Shown: positions 20,506-30,666 of the stretch, piece after piece
Numbering within the stretch: the first letter of the stretch is position 1
How the letters are laid out: every line of letters starts with the position of its first letter
Sequence record: SRR20825006_498
Reading direction: 5' to 3' (one strand)
Length of the DNA stretch: 64,000 nucleotides
The notes under the pieces: model-generated
The model's input: only the letters and a program-made list of their open reading frames with translations
Told to the model about the DNA's origin: nothing
The model's database searches: none
Position numbers and translations under genes: made by a program

Positions 20506-21189
20506 TCACGGTACCAGCTTGTAACCGCCATTCTCCGTCACCAGAATACGGGCGTTCGACGGATCCTGCTCGATCTTCTGGCGCAGGCGATAGACATGCG
20601 TTTCCAGCGTATGCGTGGTCACCCCGGAATTATAGCCCCAAACTTCTTCCAGAAGCATATCCCGGGTTACAACTTTCTGGCTGGCCCGATAGAGATAACG
20701 GATGATTGAGGCTTCCTTCTCGGTCAATCTGATTTTTTTGCCATCGCCTGTGGTAAACAGCTTTTGTCCCGGCTTGAAGACATACGGCCCGACATTGAAA
20801 GTGGCGTCTTCACTTTGCTCATGCTGACGCAACTGTGCGCGAATACGCGCCAACAGCACGGCAAAGCGGAAAGGCTTTGTTACATAATCGTTGGCACCGG
20901 CTTCAAGGCCAAGAATCGTGTCAGAATCTGTATCATGACCGGTCAGCATGATGATCGGGGCCTTGAACCCGTTCTTGCGGGCCATTTTCACCGCTTCGCG
21001 TCCATCCATATCAGGCAGTCCGACATCCATGATCAAAATATCCACCTGGTTTTCCTTCAGCATCCGCAGTGAACCCGCGGCATTGTCCGACGAAAGAATC
21101 CTGAACTCTTCGTAAAGCTCAAGCTGCTCCACCAGTGTCTCGCGCAGATCCTGATCATCATCGACCAGCAATATCGTTCTCGACGTCAT
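20506..21189 (-). CDS. OmpR-family response regulator
   Basis: LLVDDD, MDVGLPDMDG, GANDYVTKPF, winged helix HTLETHVYRLRQKIE. Confidence 0.93.
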   Translation of the reverse strand: MTSRTILLVDDDQDLRETLVEQLELYEEFRILSSDNAAGSLRMLKENQVDILIMDVGLPDMDGREAVKMARKNGFKAPIIMLTGHDTDSDTILGLEAGANDYVTKPFRFAVLLARIRAQLRQHEQSEDATFNVGPYVFKPGQKLFTTGDGKKIRLTEKEASIIRYLYRASQKVVTRDMLLEEVWGYNSGVTTHTLETHVYRLRQKIEQDPSNARILVTENGGYKLVP

Positions 21190-21328
21190 CCAGCGTGCCC
21201 TTTCACGTTGCAACTGCTCTCAACCGCTTTCACTTTGTTCTGACCGCGGACTACGCGATCATTGCGGCATGACCTCCCGGGGCGTATTGCTATGAAATTA
21301 AACGATTTCACGTACAAAGCAAAAAAAA

Positions 21329-21901
21329 GTGAAGAAACGAACGGCAAACTCCACGATTAAAGCCCTGCGCGGGCCTCAGGTTAAGACCATTTCGGTCAGA
21401 CGTGCGCCGGGTGGTTCACCTCACCGTGCGCTGTTGTGCTTCGGTCCGCGCGTTCTGCAAGCCAGCATTGGCCGGAATGGCACCACGGCCAGAAAGCGTG
21501 AAGGCGACGGCAAGACGCCGATTGCCGCCATGAAGCTTCTCTATGGCTACCGTGCAGGAAGGCACCCCGTCTGGCCCGCATCACCGCTTCGGCTGCAAAG
21601 ATCAGAAACACGGCGTGGCTGGTGCGACGACGCGACATCAGCAAATTACAACCGGCCCGTGCGCCTGCCGTTTGATGGTGGCTATGAGCAGCTCAGGCGC
21701 GCAGATCATATTTATGATGCGGTTATTGTTCTCGACTGGAATATCTCGTCTCGGGCGCGTTATCGCGGCTCTGCCATTTTCTTTCACCTGAGACGCCCGG
21801 ATCATGGGCCGACAGCTGGTTGCATCGCAGTTTCAGCTAGGGACATGGCAATGCTTCTGCCCCACCTGAAAGGCGGCATCAGACTTGTGGTTCGCGACTG
21901 A
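21329..21901 (+). CDS. L,D-transpeptidase (YkuD-like) family protein
   Basis: KREGDGKTP, GSAIFFH...PTAGCIA catalytic motif; start uncertain. Confidence 0.85.
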   Translation: MKKRTANSTIKALRGPQVKTISVRRAPGGSPHRALLCFGPRVLQASIGRNGTTARKREGDGKTPIAAMKLLYGYRAGRHPVWPASPLRLQRSETRRGWCDDATSANYNRPVRLPFDGGYEQLRRADHIYDAVIVLDWNISSRARYRGSAIFFHLRRPDHGPTAGCIAVSARDMAMLLPHLKGGIRLVVRD

Positions 21902-23123
21902 CCTCAGGATTTGCTTTCCCACCGTCATCCTCCGACAACCACCCGGTTTCATGACGCTCCGTCGCTTCGTAATAAGCTTCCTGTTCGGGCAGGGTCTCGC
22001 CGCCGGAGGCCTCCAGCACCCATTCACGCCAGATCGCCACCATCAGAGCCATCAGAACCGGCCCGAGGAATAAGCCGATCAACCCCATCGTCTTGACGCC
22101 GCCGACAAGCCCGAAAAACGTTGGCAGGAACGGCAGTTTGATCGGACCACCGACAAGGCGGGGGCGCAGAGTCTTGTCGACGATAAACAGTTCAATCGTG
22201 CCCCAGGCGAGCAGTGCAAAACCATGGATCGGTGTGCCACGGGCAATCAGATAACCGGAAATCAGCGTAAAAGTCAGCGGCGCGCCGCCCGGAACCATCG
22301 CCATCACTGCCGTAATAAGACCGAAAGACACATAATTCGGCACACCGGCCAGATAATAAGCCGTGCCGAGAACAACGCCTTCGCCCATGGCGATCAACGC
22401 CATGCCGATGACGGTTGATGAAATCGTGGCCGGAACCACACGGGAAATCCGCTGCCAGCGATCGGGAAACAACCGCTCTCCGATCACATCCAGCTGCCCC
22501 ACGAATTTGGGGCCATCCTTGTAGATGAAGAACAGCGCAATCAGCATGAAGAGCGCGGCCAGAATGAAACCGAAAGCCCGGCCGCCAACAAACAGCGCAG
22601 TGCGGTAGATATTGCCGATGTTTTCACCGCTGACCGCCTGAATAAGCTGACCGATATCACCCGGCTGACCGAGATAATTCTCCCACTTGTTTGCTATCCA
22701 TTCCCCGACAACCGGCAGGTTCATAATCCAGTCCGGAGCAGCCGCACCGATCCGATTTGCCTCGGCCGCCCAGACGATCCAGGCCTCCAGCTCGCGCGAC
22801 ATGTAAGCGACTGCAAAAATGATTGGCAGAATCAGAAACAGCAGGATCAAGAAGATCGCAATAGCTGATGTCATAGCCCGGCGATAACCAAGTCGCCGGT
22901 TCAGATCGTTGAAGATTGGCTGCGAGGCAAAAGCAATGATCAGCGCTGCCAGTACGGGCACTATAAAACCGTGAAAGAAATAGATCGCCGCGGCAGCAAC
23001 GCCGAGCAGAAGCCAGCGGGCTGCTGAAACCGAAGGGATCAGGGGCACACGAGCACTTGCCGACGATGATCCGATCCAGCGTTGTTTTCTGCCGCCGTGG
23101 TGAGGTTCCTGTGGCTGCACCAT
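21879..23123 (-). CDS. AI-2E family transporter
   Basis: Multi-TM; DKTLRPRLVG, GLIGLFLGPVLMA. Confidence 0.88.
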   Translation of the reverse strand: MVQPQEPHHGGRKQRWIGSSSASARVPLIPSVSAARWLLLGVAAAAIYFFHGFIVPVLAALIIAFASQPIFNDLNRRLGYRRAMTSAIAIFLILLFLILPIIFAVAYMSRELEAWIVWAAEANRIGAAAPDWIMNLPVVGEWIANKWENYLGQPGDIGQLIQAVSGENIGNIYRTALFVGGRAFGFILAALFMLIALFFIYKDGPKFVGQLDVIGERLFPDRWQRISRVVPATISSTVIGMALIAMGEGVVLGTAYYLAGVPNYVSFGLITAVMAMVPGGAPLTFTLISGYLIARGTPIHGFALLAWGTIELFIVDKTLRPRLVGGPIKLPFLPTFFGLVGGVKTMGLIGLFLGPVLMALMVAIWREWVLEASGGETLPEQEAYYEATERHETGWLSEDDGGKANPEVSREPQV

Positions 23124-23239
23124 CTGTTTCTTTCATGTTTACAAGCAAACAACCGGCAATCAGATCCGGACGACGCAATCACCGCACGCCGCCCTTCATT
23201 TATGATGCAGACTGTTCAGGTTTCAATAGTGAAGGCATT

Positions 23240-23791
23240 CTAAAATACCTCCGGACCATCTGGTTCAAAACCGGCCACTTCGAGAACATCAATTGCTTCC
23301 CGCCGGGCGGTACGCGCCTCTTCCGGATCGGCGATAAAAGGTTCGGCGGCAAGGCGAGCGACATAATCCGGCGTCAACCCATTCTGCCGTGCGCCGGCCC
23401 AGACAAGTTTCAGATACCAGTCGAACGGGCGGCGCGTAACATCACGAAAAGGTTCCGGTGCGATATAGGTCATCGCCGTCACGGCTTCGCCGCTATGCAC
23501 AAGGCGTACCGGCACCTGATCTATCCGGTCATAACCTTTGCCAAGCCCTTCGAAACCATCGAGCAGGGTGCACTCCGACGGATCGAGTGTGAAAACGACC
23601 CCCTCGACCAGTTGTCCGGTTGAGGGAAAAATCGTCGCCTTGCCGGAATGATCGTTGGCAATTTTCGAGAAGTCGAGTGCATAACCGTCCAGATGTGCTG
23701 CGCTGATAACCTGTGCCGAAGCACAGCGCCGCTGAAGCCGCTCAGCGAGCATATTGGAGCCATAGGCAAAGTAGCGCAGGTCAGCAGGCAT
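23240..23791 (-). CDS. Gamma-glutamylcyclotransferase family protein
   Basis: YFAYGSNM, LDGFEG...YDR; TAATG overlap with uup stop. Confidence 0.87.
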   Translation of the reverse strand: MPADLRYFAYGSNMLAERLQRRCASAQVISAAHLDGYALDFSKIANDHSGKATIFPSTGQLVEGVVFTLDPSECTLLDGFEGLGKGYDRIDQVPVRLVHSGEAVTAMTYIAPEPFRDVTRRPFDWYLKLVWAGARQNGLTPDYVARLAAEPFIADPEEARTARREAIDVLEVAGFEPDGPEVF

Positions 23792-25617
23792 TATCCCTCC
23801 AGTTCTTCACGCAGCACTTCCAGTTCAAGCCAGGCCTCCTCCCTGGAAGAAAGGTCATTCTGCATTTTTTCCAGAAGACCGGCCGCCTTGCTGAAGCCCT
23901 CGGGATCACGGGTAAAAAAGTCCGGCTCGGCCATCTTCTCCTCAAGCTTTGCAATATCGGCCTCAAGTTTCTCGATTTCCTTCGGCAGTGTCTCCAGAGC
24001 AAACTTCTGCTTGTAGGAGAGCTTTCCCTTGTTCTTCGGCTGTTCCTGCTTCGGCTGCGTCCTGGCCTGTGCCGCCTGTTTTTCCTTTTTATCAGCCTTT
24101 CGGGCTTCCGCCTGGGCGCCCTTGCGCTGGGCCTGCATGTCCGAATAGCCACCGGCATATTCCAGCCATTCGCCATCCGGATACGCCGGATTGGACGGCG
24201 CAATGGTTGCCGTTACGGTGCGATCCAGAAAATCACGATCATGCGAAACCAGAATGACGCTCCCGGCAAAACCGGCGACAATTTCCTGCAAAAGATCAAG
24301 CGTCTCAATATCGAGATCATTGGTCGGTTCGTCGAGGATCAAGAGATTTGCGGGACGCGACAGGATTTTCGCCAGCATCAGCCGGGCGCGTTCGCCACCT
24401 GAAAGGCTGCGGATCGGTGTACGGGCCTGTTCCGGCTGAAACAGGAAATCCTTCATATATCCGGTCACATGGCGCTGCTCGCCGTTGACCAGCAATGTAT
24501 CGCCGCGCCCGTCGGTCAGATAGTGCGCTAGCGTATCTTCGGGATCAAGCTCCTCACGCTTCTGGTCGATGACAGCCGTCTCCAGATTAACGCCCAGACG
24601 CACCCAGCCATCGTCCGGCTCAAGCTCACCGATCAGAAGTTTCAGCAGTGTCGTTTTCCCGGCGCCATTCGGGCCCACCAGACCGATCCGGTCGCCGCGA
24701 CTCACCTTCAGTGAAAACGGTTTGACGATCTGGCGATCACCATAGGCCTTGGTCAGGTTTTCAGCTTCGATCACCAGCTTGCCGCTCTCCCGGCTTTCGG
24801 TAACGGTCGCGTTGACCGTGCCCTGCGGGCCGCGATGTTCGCGATGACGGGCGCGCATATCGTGCAGATCGCCAAGGCGGCGCATATTGCGTTTGCGCCG
24901 GGCCGTCACGCCATAGCGCAGCCAGTGCTCCTCGCGAACAATAGCCCGTGCAAGCTTATGCTGTTCCGTTTCTTCTTCTTCCAGGACCTTGTCACGCCAT
25001 TCCTCAAAGGCGCCAAAGCCCCGGTTCATGCGTCGCGAGATGCCTCGGTCGAGCCAGACCGTCGCCGTTGTTGTATTTTCCAGAAAGCGTCTGTCATGCG
25101 AGATCAGAACCAGCGCCGAGCGTGTTCCGGCAAGCTCGGCTTCCAGCCATTCGATGGTCGTCAGATCCAGATGATTGGTCGGCTCGTCGAGTAGCAGGAT
25201 ATCCGGTTCCGGTGCCAGAACCCGTGCCAGCGCAGCTCGACGGGATTCACCACCGGAAAGCGTGTTCGGATCAGCCGTCGGCTCGACACCCAGATGCTCC
25301 ATGAGATAGGTCGCACGATAATGCTCGTCGCCTGGCGCCAGCCCGGCCACCACATAATCCTCAACCGTTGCAAAACCGGCAAAATCCGGGGCCTGTTCAA
25401 GATAGCGCACTGTCGAGGAGGGATGGCGGAACACCTCACCGGATTGCGGCTCAACCATTCCGGCTGCAATTTTCAGCAGCGTTGACTTGCCGGAACCGTT
25501 CCGCCCGACAAGACAGATACGGTCGCCCGGCTCAACCTGCAGGCCAGCACCCTGCAATAGCGGCGTGCCGCCAAAGCTTAAATGAATGTCATCCAGTTTC
25601 AAAATTGGCGGGGCCAA
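23791..25617 (-). CDS. uup: ABC-F ATPase, Uup-like
   Basis: Two ABC cassettes (GRNGSGKST, GPNGAGKTT, LDEPTN), no TM segments, C-terminal KLSYKQK coiled coil. Confidence 0.9.
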   Translation of the reverse strand: MAPPILKLDDIHLSFGGTPLLQGAGLQVEPGDRICLVGRNGSGKSTLLKIAAGMVEPQSGEVFRHPSSTVRYLEQAPDFAGFATVEDYVVAGLAPGDEHYRATYLMEHLGVEPTADPNTLSGGESRRAALARVLAPEPDILLLDEPTNHLDLTTIEWLEAELAGTRSALVLISHDRRFLENTTTATVWLDRGISRRMNRGFGAFEEWRDKVLEEEETEQHKLARAIVREEHWLRYGVTARRKRNMRRLGDLHDMRARHREHRGPQGTVNATVTESRESGKLVIEAENLTKAYGDRQIVKPFSLKVSRGDRIGLVGPNGAGKTTLLKLLIGELEPDDGWVRLGVNLETAVIDQKREELDPEDTLAHYLTDGRGDTLLVNGEQRHVTGYMKDFLFQPEQARTPIRSLSGGERARLMLAKILSRPANLLILDEPTNDLDIETLDLLQEIVAGFAGSVILVSHDRDFLDRTVTATIAPSNPAYPDGEWLEYAGGYSDMQAQRKGAQAEARKADKKEKQAAQARTQPKQEQPKNKGKLSYKQKFALETLPKEIEKLEADIAKLEEKMAEPDFFTRDPEGFSKAAGLLEKMQNDLSSREEAWLELEVLREELEG

Positions 25618-25620
25618 AGT

Positions 25621-26283
25621 TCAGACTCCCGAAAAATCATATGGCCGGACAATGATGATGCCGCGACCGCTTTTCAAGGTAATGCGAACAGGTTTATCCC
25701 CCTTGCCCGCAATATTTGATACCGTGCGCGGCAGCCCGAAAGGCGCTTCAAAGCCTTGCAGCGGATAACCTGCATTCTCAATCGAAAGCCCGTGGAGATC
25801 AGAAAATCCAAGGACCGAGAATAACGCCCCCGGTGGCATTTCGATCGCCGTTTCACCGGGCAGAAGCGGGTGAGCTTCTTCTTCGCCGGTTGTCAGCATC
25901 ACGTCATGGCCGTTTTCCGCCAGGTTAACTGCAAACAGCATGTTCATCAGCCCATGATCGGTTCGTTCACCGGCCAGCGCCCCGGCCATGATGATTTTCC
26001 GGGCACCACGTTCAATCGCTTCACCGGCGGCAAGGGCGCCATCGGTTTCGTTCTTTTCCGGTGGAAAACCCTTCCGCTCAATATCCGGCCAGCGCGCCAG
26101 AAGCGCCGCATCGGTGGAATCAAAATCGCCGACCCACAGTTCAGGTCTGACGCCAAGCTCTTCCGCGTGACGCATACCGCCATCGGCCGCGATGAACCGG
26201 CTTCCGGCGACAGACCGCCTCAGCCGGTCGCCGATTTCCAGCTGTCCGGAAAGCAAAATGGTAAAAGTGTCGCTGTTGCTCAT
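25621..26283 (-). CDS. thiN: Thiamine diphosphokinase
   Basis: IAADGG, WVGDFDS, EKNETDG, GERTDH. Confidence 0.92.
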   Translation of the reverse strand: MSNSDTFTILLSGQLEIGDRLRRSVAGSRFIAADGGMRHAEELGVRPELWVGDFDSTDAALLARWPDIERKGFPPEKNETDGALAAGEAIERGARKIIMAGALAGERTDHGLMNMLFAVNLAENGHDVMLTTGEEEAHPLLPGETAIEMPPGALFSVLGFSDLHGLSIENAGYPLQGFEAPFGLPRTVSNIAGKGDKPVRITLKSGRGIIIVRPYDFSGV

Positions 26284-26331
26284 GCCGTATGGCAATAACG
26301 AATATAAGGACGAAACGAAAGCAGATTCGCC

Positions 26332-26850
26332 TCAGCTTTCCTTCCCGTGTCCATGCTGATGCGCATAGTCATGGGCATAGTCCTCAAGGGCGGTGACAAA
26401 CCGCTCGTAAAGACCCGCAAAAGCGTCAAGCTCTTCCGGTTTCCAGTTCTCCGTTATGGTTTCCAGAAGGTGACGCTTTACGGCATGAATCTCGCTCACG
26501 AGGGCTGCGCCTTCCGGCGTCACTACCAAAATCGACCGACGTGCATCTGCCTGACAGATGCGCCGCTCAAGAAGTCCTTGTCCTACAAGCTCGGCAACAA
26601 TACGGCTGGCGCGGGATGGGTCAATACGCATACCTTCCGCGACACCCCCGATTGTGACTTCGCACTCGGCCTCAAAGCGCTGGACAAGATCGAGAACATC
26701 AAGGTGAGTGACCTCAAGCGCCGGTGCAACTGCGGCTATCGTCACGCGGCTGATAACACGCCTGCGCATAATCAGCTGATTGCGCGTCATTGTAGCTGAA
26801 AGCCGCCTCAGCGAAGCATCGCCCGCTCTGTCGCTATCCGATGCATTCAT
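26332..26850 (-). CDS. MarR-family regulator
   Basis: IDPSRASRIVAELV...QADARRSILVVTPEG winged helix; divergent from the MFS remnant. Confidence 0.88.
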   Translation of the reverse strand: MNASDSDRAGDASLRRLSATMTRNQLIMRRRVISRVTIAAVAPALEVTHLDVLDLVQRFEAECEVTIGGVAEGMRIDPSRASRIVAELVGQGLLERRICQADARRSILVVTPEGAALVSEIHAVKRHLLETITENWKPEELDAFAGLYERFVTALEDYAHDYAHQHGHGKES

Positions 26851-26890
26851 TCTGGTCTCAATCCCTTCAATCAAAACAGGTACATTTAAA

Positions 26891-26962
26891 ATATGCGCTT
26901 TGCAAATATATGCCATTGACATTAATATGCCAATCTCACATTTACGTGCTAAAAGCACATAT
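26891..26962. promoter_or_regulatory. Probable MarR operator array
   Basis: ATATGC at 26891, 26908 and 26925 (17-bp period) plus palindrome GTGCT-AAA-AGCAC at 26946-26958. Confidence 0.55.
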
Positions 26963-26979
26963 TCCAAGTCCCACTTTCC

Positions 26980-27459
26980 ATGCAAGAGCAGAAGCAACAG
27001 TTTGTCTCGCTGGTCGAGAATCGGAGATTGCGCATTGCAGCCTTTTTGTTTCTGCTTATGGCGATGTTCCTCGCAACTCTCGACAATCAGATCGTACCCA
27101 CGTCACTCCCCACAATCGTCGGTGACTTTGGCCAGATGGAGCGCTTCGGCTGGGTTGCTTCCGCGTATCTGTTGGCCACATGTGCAGTTATGCCGATTTA
27201 CGGCAAACTTGGCGATCTGATCGGCCGGAAATATGTTCTTATGACGGCCATCACGATCTTTCTGGTCGGCTCGCTGACCTGCAGACTTGCCGTCTCGATG
27301 AGTACGCTGATTGCCGCGTATGAAAAGGTCTTCGCAAGCGTTTTTTTCTTTGCCGCTGTTACTGCCGGTCTCGGCCTGGTTGCAGCGCTTGTCATAAAAT
27401 CATCCGAGCTTGGTTATGCCGGGCACGACACACCGGAGCCGGCAAAAAAACACGCGTGA
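26980..27459 (+). pseudogene. DHA2/EmrB-type MFS efflux pump with large in-frame internal deletion
   Basis: MFLATLDNQIV and YGKLGDLIGRK motifs, then a jump after ...TLIAA to a last-TM-like segment; only 159 aa. Confidence 0.85.
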
Positions 27460-27463
27460 AAGT

Positions 27464-28612
27464 TTATGCCACAATGCCGCGCACCGGAAGAATCCGCCCG
27501 CTACGCCTGAGTAAAAATTGCGCCAGAACAAACTGAAAAGCCAATCCTGCCAGCAACAGCACTGTATCCACCGCCCATCCGACCGGCACTGTGACGCGCA
27601 GGATCTGAAACACAATTGCAATCAGTGAACCGCTGACAAAAGTGACAAGACTGGCACGCCCCATCACCATGACCGGGTAAAACAGCGGGCTGTCGAACAG
27701 CCTTCGCAAAAACGGCAGGCAGGCCAGGATATAGGCAACAGCAAGAATATGAATGATCCGCGCAGGACCGAGCGTTTGCTTGCTGGTGTCGGCAAGAAAT
27801 TCCGGCATGAAATCCGGCCATGGAAATGCAAACTCACCGGAAAGACGCCACCATGCCGAAAACACCACGAAAGCCACGGCTGCCATGAAAAGCAGAGCAT
27901 TCGGACGCACCAGCGCGTGCCCGTTTTTGGCGGCAATACCTACGGCCAGCCCGATAGCAAACACGAGTTGCCAGCACAGCGGATTAAAGAACCAGGTGTA
28001 TTGACCCGGATATGATGGCAGCTGCAGACCATAAAAACGAGCTGATAGCCATATCACCAGAGAAACGACCAGCATCATCCAGATCCGGCGCACACCCAGC
28101 CAGAGAAGCCCGGGAAGGAACACAAACAGCACGACATAAAGCGGCAATATGTTGAAATAGCTGATCTGGTAAGTCAGCATAAACAGACCGGCCAAAGCGG
28201 CCAGCGGCGCCTGAAAGAACCACTTTATTCCGAATGAAGCCATAAATTCCTGAAGGCCGAACAAATGCGATGCGGTTACAATCATCACCGCAGCAGCGAG
28301 TGTTGCCAGTATATGGGCAAAATAGATCGTGCGCGCGCGTCTGATAATGCGCAAGAGAACCGAGCCGGTTTTTCCCGGCTGAAAATGGGAACTATAGGCC
28401 AGCCCCGCAGCAATTCCCGAGATCAGCACAAAAGCTTCTGCCGCATCGGAAAAGCCGATCATTCTGAAGGTAAAATAAGAATAGAGATTGCCCGGCACAT
28501 GATCGATGAAGATCGTGATCAATGCCAAACCACGCAGAACATCAATCCGAGAATCGCGACTACCGCGTGCTGAAGTGCCCTCTGCACCCGAAGGCGCTCC
28601 AACCTTGCTCAA
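27464..28612 (-). CDS. opgC: OpgC-family glucan succinyltransferase
   Basis: RDSRIDVLRG, FIDHVP, GFSDAAEAFVLISG, NILPLY, FNPLCWQ; start codon uncertain. Confidence 0.88.
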   Translation of the reverse strand: MSKVGAPSGAEGTSARGSRDSRIDVLRGLALITIFIDHVPGNLYSYFTFRMIGFSDAAEAFVLISGIAAGLAYSSHFQPGKTGSVLLRIIRRARTIYFAHILATLAAAVMIVTASHLFGLQEFMASFGIKWFFQAPLAALAGLFMLTYQISYFNILPLYVVLFVFLPGLLWLGVRRIWMMLVVSLVIWLSARFYGLQLPSYPGQYTWFFNPLCWQLVFAIGLAVGIAAKNGHALVRPNALLFMAAVAFVVFSAWWRLSGEFAFPWPDFMPEFLADTSKQTLGPARIIHILAVAYILACLPFLRRLFDSPLFYPVMVMGRASLVTFVSGSLIAIVFQILRVTVPVGWAVDTVLLLAGLAFQFVLAQFLLRRSGRILPVRGIVA

Positions 28613-28618
28613 TCAATA

Positions 28619-30439
28619 CTATCCTTTTATGCCCGAAAAGTCGGGCTGCCTGTCAGCCGCAGTCCGGGCCTCCCCCTCTTCGGAACCATCGACCTGATCG
28701 GCTTCGGGAAACCAGTGTGCCAGCACCTGATCCTTTTCGATCATGATTGCAGCGCGACGACGCTCCTCTATCGTCTGAAACAGTCCGAGGGCTGCTGCAA
28801 CCCGACCACTGGCACGCGATGACGTTAAGGAAATCAGAAACGGGCTGATAATCTGTGGAACAGCAATTGGCATCAGCCAGTAAAACAGATCCGGCGCAAA
28901 GAGGTGAGAGCCGGTCAGCATGAGAATTCCCGTCAGCGAGATCCACCAGCTTGCCCGGAACGCCTCTTCCAGAGACAGAAAGTGGCCTTCGCGATTGGAG
29001 GCGGGCCAGCCACCATCCATCCCCAAAAGCACCTGCATCACCGATCGGCTTTGATACATCAGCGTAATCGGTGCCAGTACTGAGGACCAGACCACTTCCA
29101 TCAGAGTTGACCAGAAAACCCGCAGAAAACCACCAAAACGGCGCGCCTCTCCCGTTATGCCGGAGCGGATCGCGATCAGCAGTTTCGGTCCGATCAGCAA
29201 TCCACCAACCCCTGCAAGCAAGGTCACGGCCAATGCCGTTTCCGCCTTCGGGAAAATTGCGGGAAGATAAGGGCTCGGGAAATAATCAGGTTCCGGTGCA
29301 AACAATGGCGCTACAACGGACGCGACGATAAACATCATCCAGAGCGGTGAACTGACATAGGCCATCACCCCCTGAAGAAACGTGAACCGGTTCCAGGCTT
29401 TGATGCCCGGCGCAAACAGTAACCTGATATGTTGCAGGTTGCCCTGGCACCAGCGGCGATCACGTTTGGCAAAATCAACCGTATTTTGCGGTCCTTCTTC
29501 GAATGAGCCTTCGAGGTCATAGTCAACCCGTACGATCCAGTCCTTGCGCGCCAGAAGTGCTGCTTCAACATAATCGTGGCTCAGGATGTGACCGCCAAAC
29601 GGCGGCCGACCGGAAAGGGCAGGCAAGCCGCAACTTTCGGCAAAGGCTTTGGTGCGCACAAGCGCATTGTGACCCCAGAACGGACCCTGCCTGCCCTGCA
29701 TACGCGCCAGACCACGCGTATAGATCGGTGAAAAAAGTCCGGCAGAGAACTGCAAGGCGCGGGCGAACCATGATTGCGATTCGATGATCTTCGGCAACGT
29801 CTGCAACAGGCCGAGACGGGGCTCGGCTTCCATACGCCGGAGCATTTCGACAATCGTCTCGCCTTCCATCAGGCTATCTGCATCAAGGATCAGCAGATAG
29901 GTATATCGGGCACCGTAGCGCCGCACGAAGTCCCCGATATTTCCGGCCTTCTTGCCGGTATTGTCGGTGCGACGGCGATAAAACGCCCCCACCTGACGCG
30001 GCATATCGGCATGTAATTTCAAAAACCACTGTTCCTCATCGGCAACCACGCTTTCGTCACGGCTGTCAGAAAGGATTACAATGTCAAAAAGGTCTGCATG
30101 AGACGTTGCGGCAAGGCTGTTGGCCATCGCCAGAGCCGACGAGAAGGTTTCACGCGGGTCTTCATTATAAACGGGGATCAAAACGGCGGTTCGTGCGCTC
30201 AGGCCACTCTCACGCAAAGAAGCCCGTGATGGTGTTTTCATCTTGCTGCCAACAAGGCCACCAACGCCCAGAGATGCCCCCCAGGCGATCCATGCAGCGG
30301 TCGCGGCGCAAAGCGCAATTCTGATGTAATCGACGAAATCGACGCCATCGGCAAAGAAAACATCAACGGCCAGCCGCGACGCAATCAATGCGACAAGAGC
30401 AGAAAATAAAACAGATATAATGCGACGGAAAGCCAGCAT
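28619..30439 (-). CDS. opgH: Glucan biosynthesis glucosyltransferase H
   Basis: PVYNED, KAGNI, LDADS, FWGHNA, LSHDYVEA, RDRRWCQGN. Confidence 0.95.
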   Translation of the reverse strand: MLAFRRIISVLFSALVALIASRLAVDVFFADGVDFVDYIRIALCAATAAWIAWGASLGVGGLVGSKMKTPSRASLRESGLSARTAVLIPVYNEDPRETFSSALAMANSLAATSHADLFDIVILSDSRDESVVADEEQWFLKLHADMPRQVGAFYRRRTDNTGKKAGNIGDFVRRYGARYTYLLILDADSLMEGETIVEMLRRMEAEPRLGLLQTLPKIIESQSWFARALQFSAGLFSPIYTRGLARMQGRQGPFWGHNALVRTKAFAESCGLPALSGRPPFGGHILSHDYVEAALLARKDWIVRVDYDLEGSFEEGPQNTVDFAKRDRRWCQGNLQHIRLLFAPGIKAWNRFTFLQGVMAYVSSPLWMMFIVASVVAPLFAPEPDYFPSPYLPAIFPKAETALAVTLLAGVGGLLIGPKLLIAIRSGITGEARRFGGFLRVFWSTLMEVVWSSVLAPITLMYQSRSVMQVLLGMDGGWPASNREGHFLSLEEAFRASWWISLTGILMLTGSHLFAPDLFYWLMPIAVPQIISPFLISLTSSRASGRVAAALGLFQTIEERRRAAIMIEKDQVLAHWFPEADQVDGSEEGEARTAADRQPDFSGIKG

Positions 30440-30486
30440 GATTGATCCTTGGCCAGCGTTTTACCGTGGACCCCCTTTATCAGCGA

Positions 30487-30666
30487 TCAGAAACGGAGAG
30501 AGCGCAGACCCGGAATATTCTGAAGCGAAGGCACGAGCCATGTAAAAAGCCGGGCCGACAGTCTGGAGCGCTCAATTATCTGCTCAGGCATTGGCAGCGG
30601 CGCTGCATCGGGCAGAAAGCGGCTGATCCCGGTCTCGGTATGATTTTCGTCAATTCGGTTGATCAT
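30487..30666 (-). CDS. Small protein between opgG and opgH (OpgI-like)
   Basis: ~59 aa ORF overlapping the opgG 3' end, GGAG RBS, LPDAAPLPMPEQ; position matches opgI in the Rhodobacter opgGIHC operon. Confidence 0.6.
   Translation of the reverse strand: MINRIDENHTETGISRFLPDAAPLPMPEQIIERSRLSARLFTWLVPSLQNIPGLRSLRF

Noticed and set aside
26891..26945. 17-bp periodic ATATGC units as a CRISPR-like array
   Set aside because: Too short, no spacers, no cas genes; better explained as MarR operators
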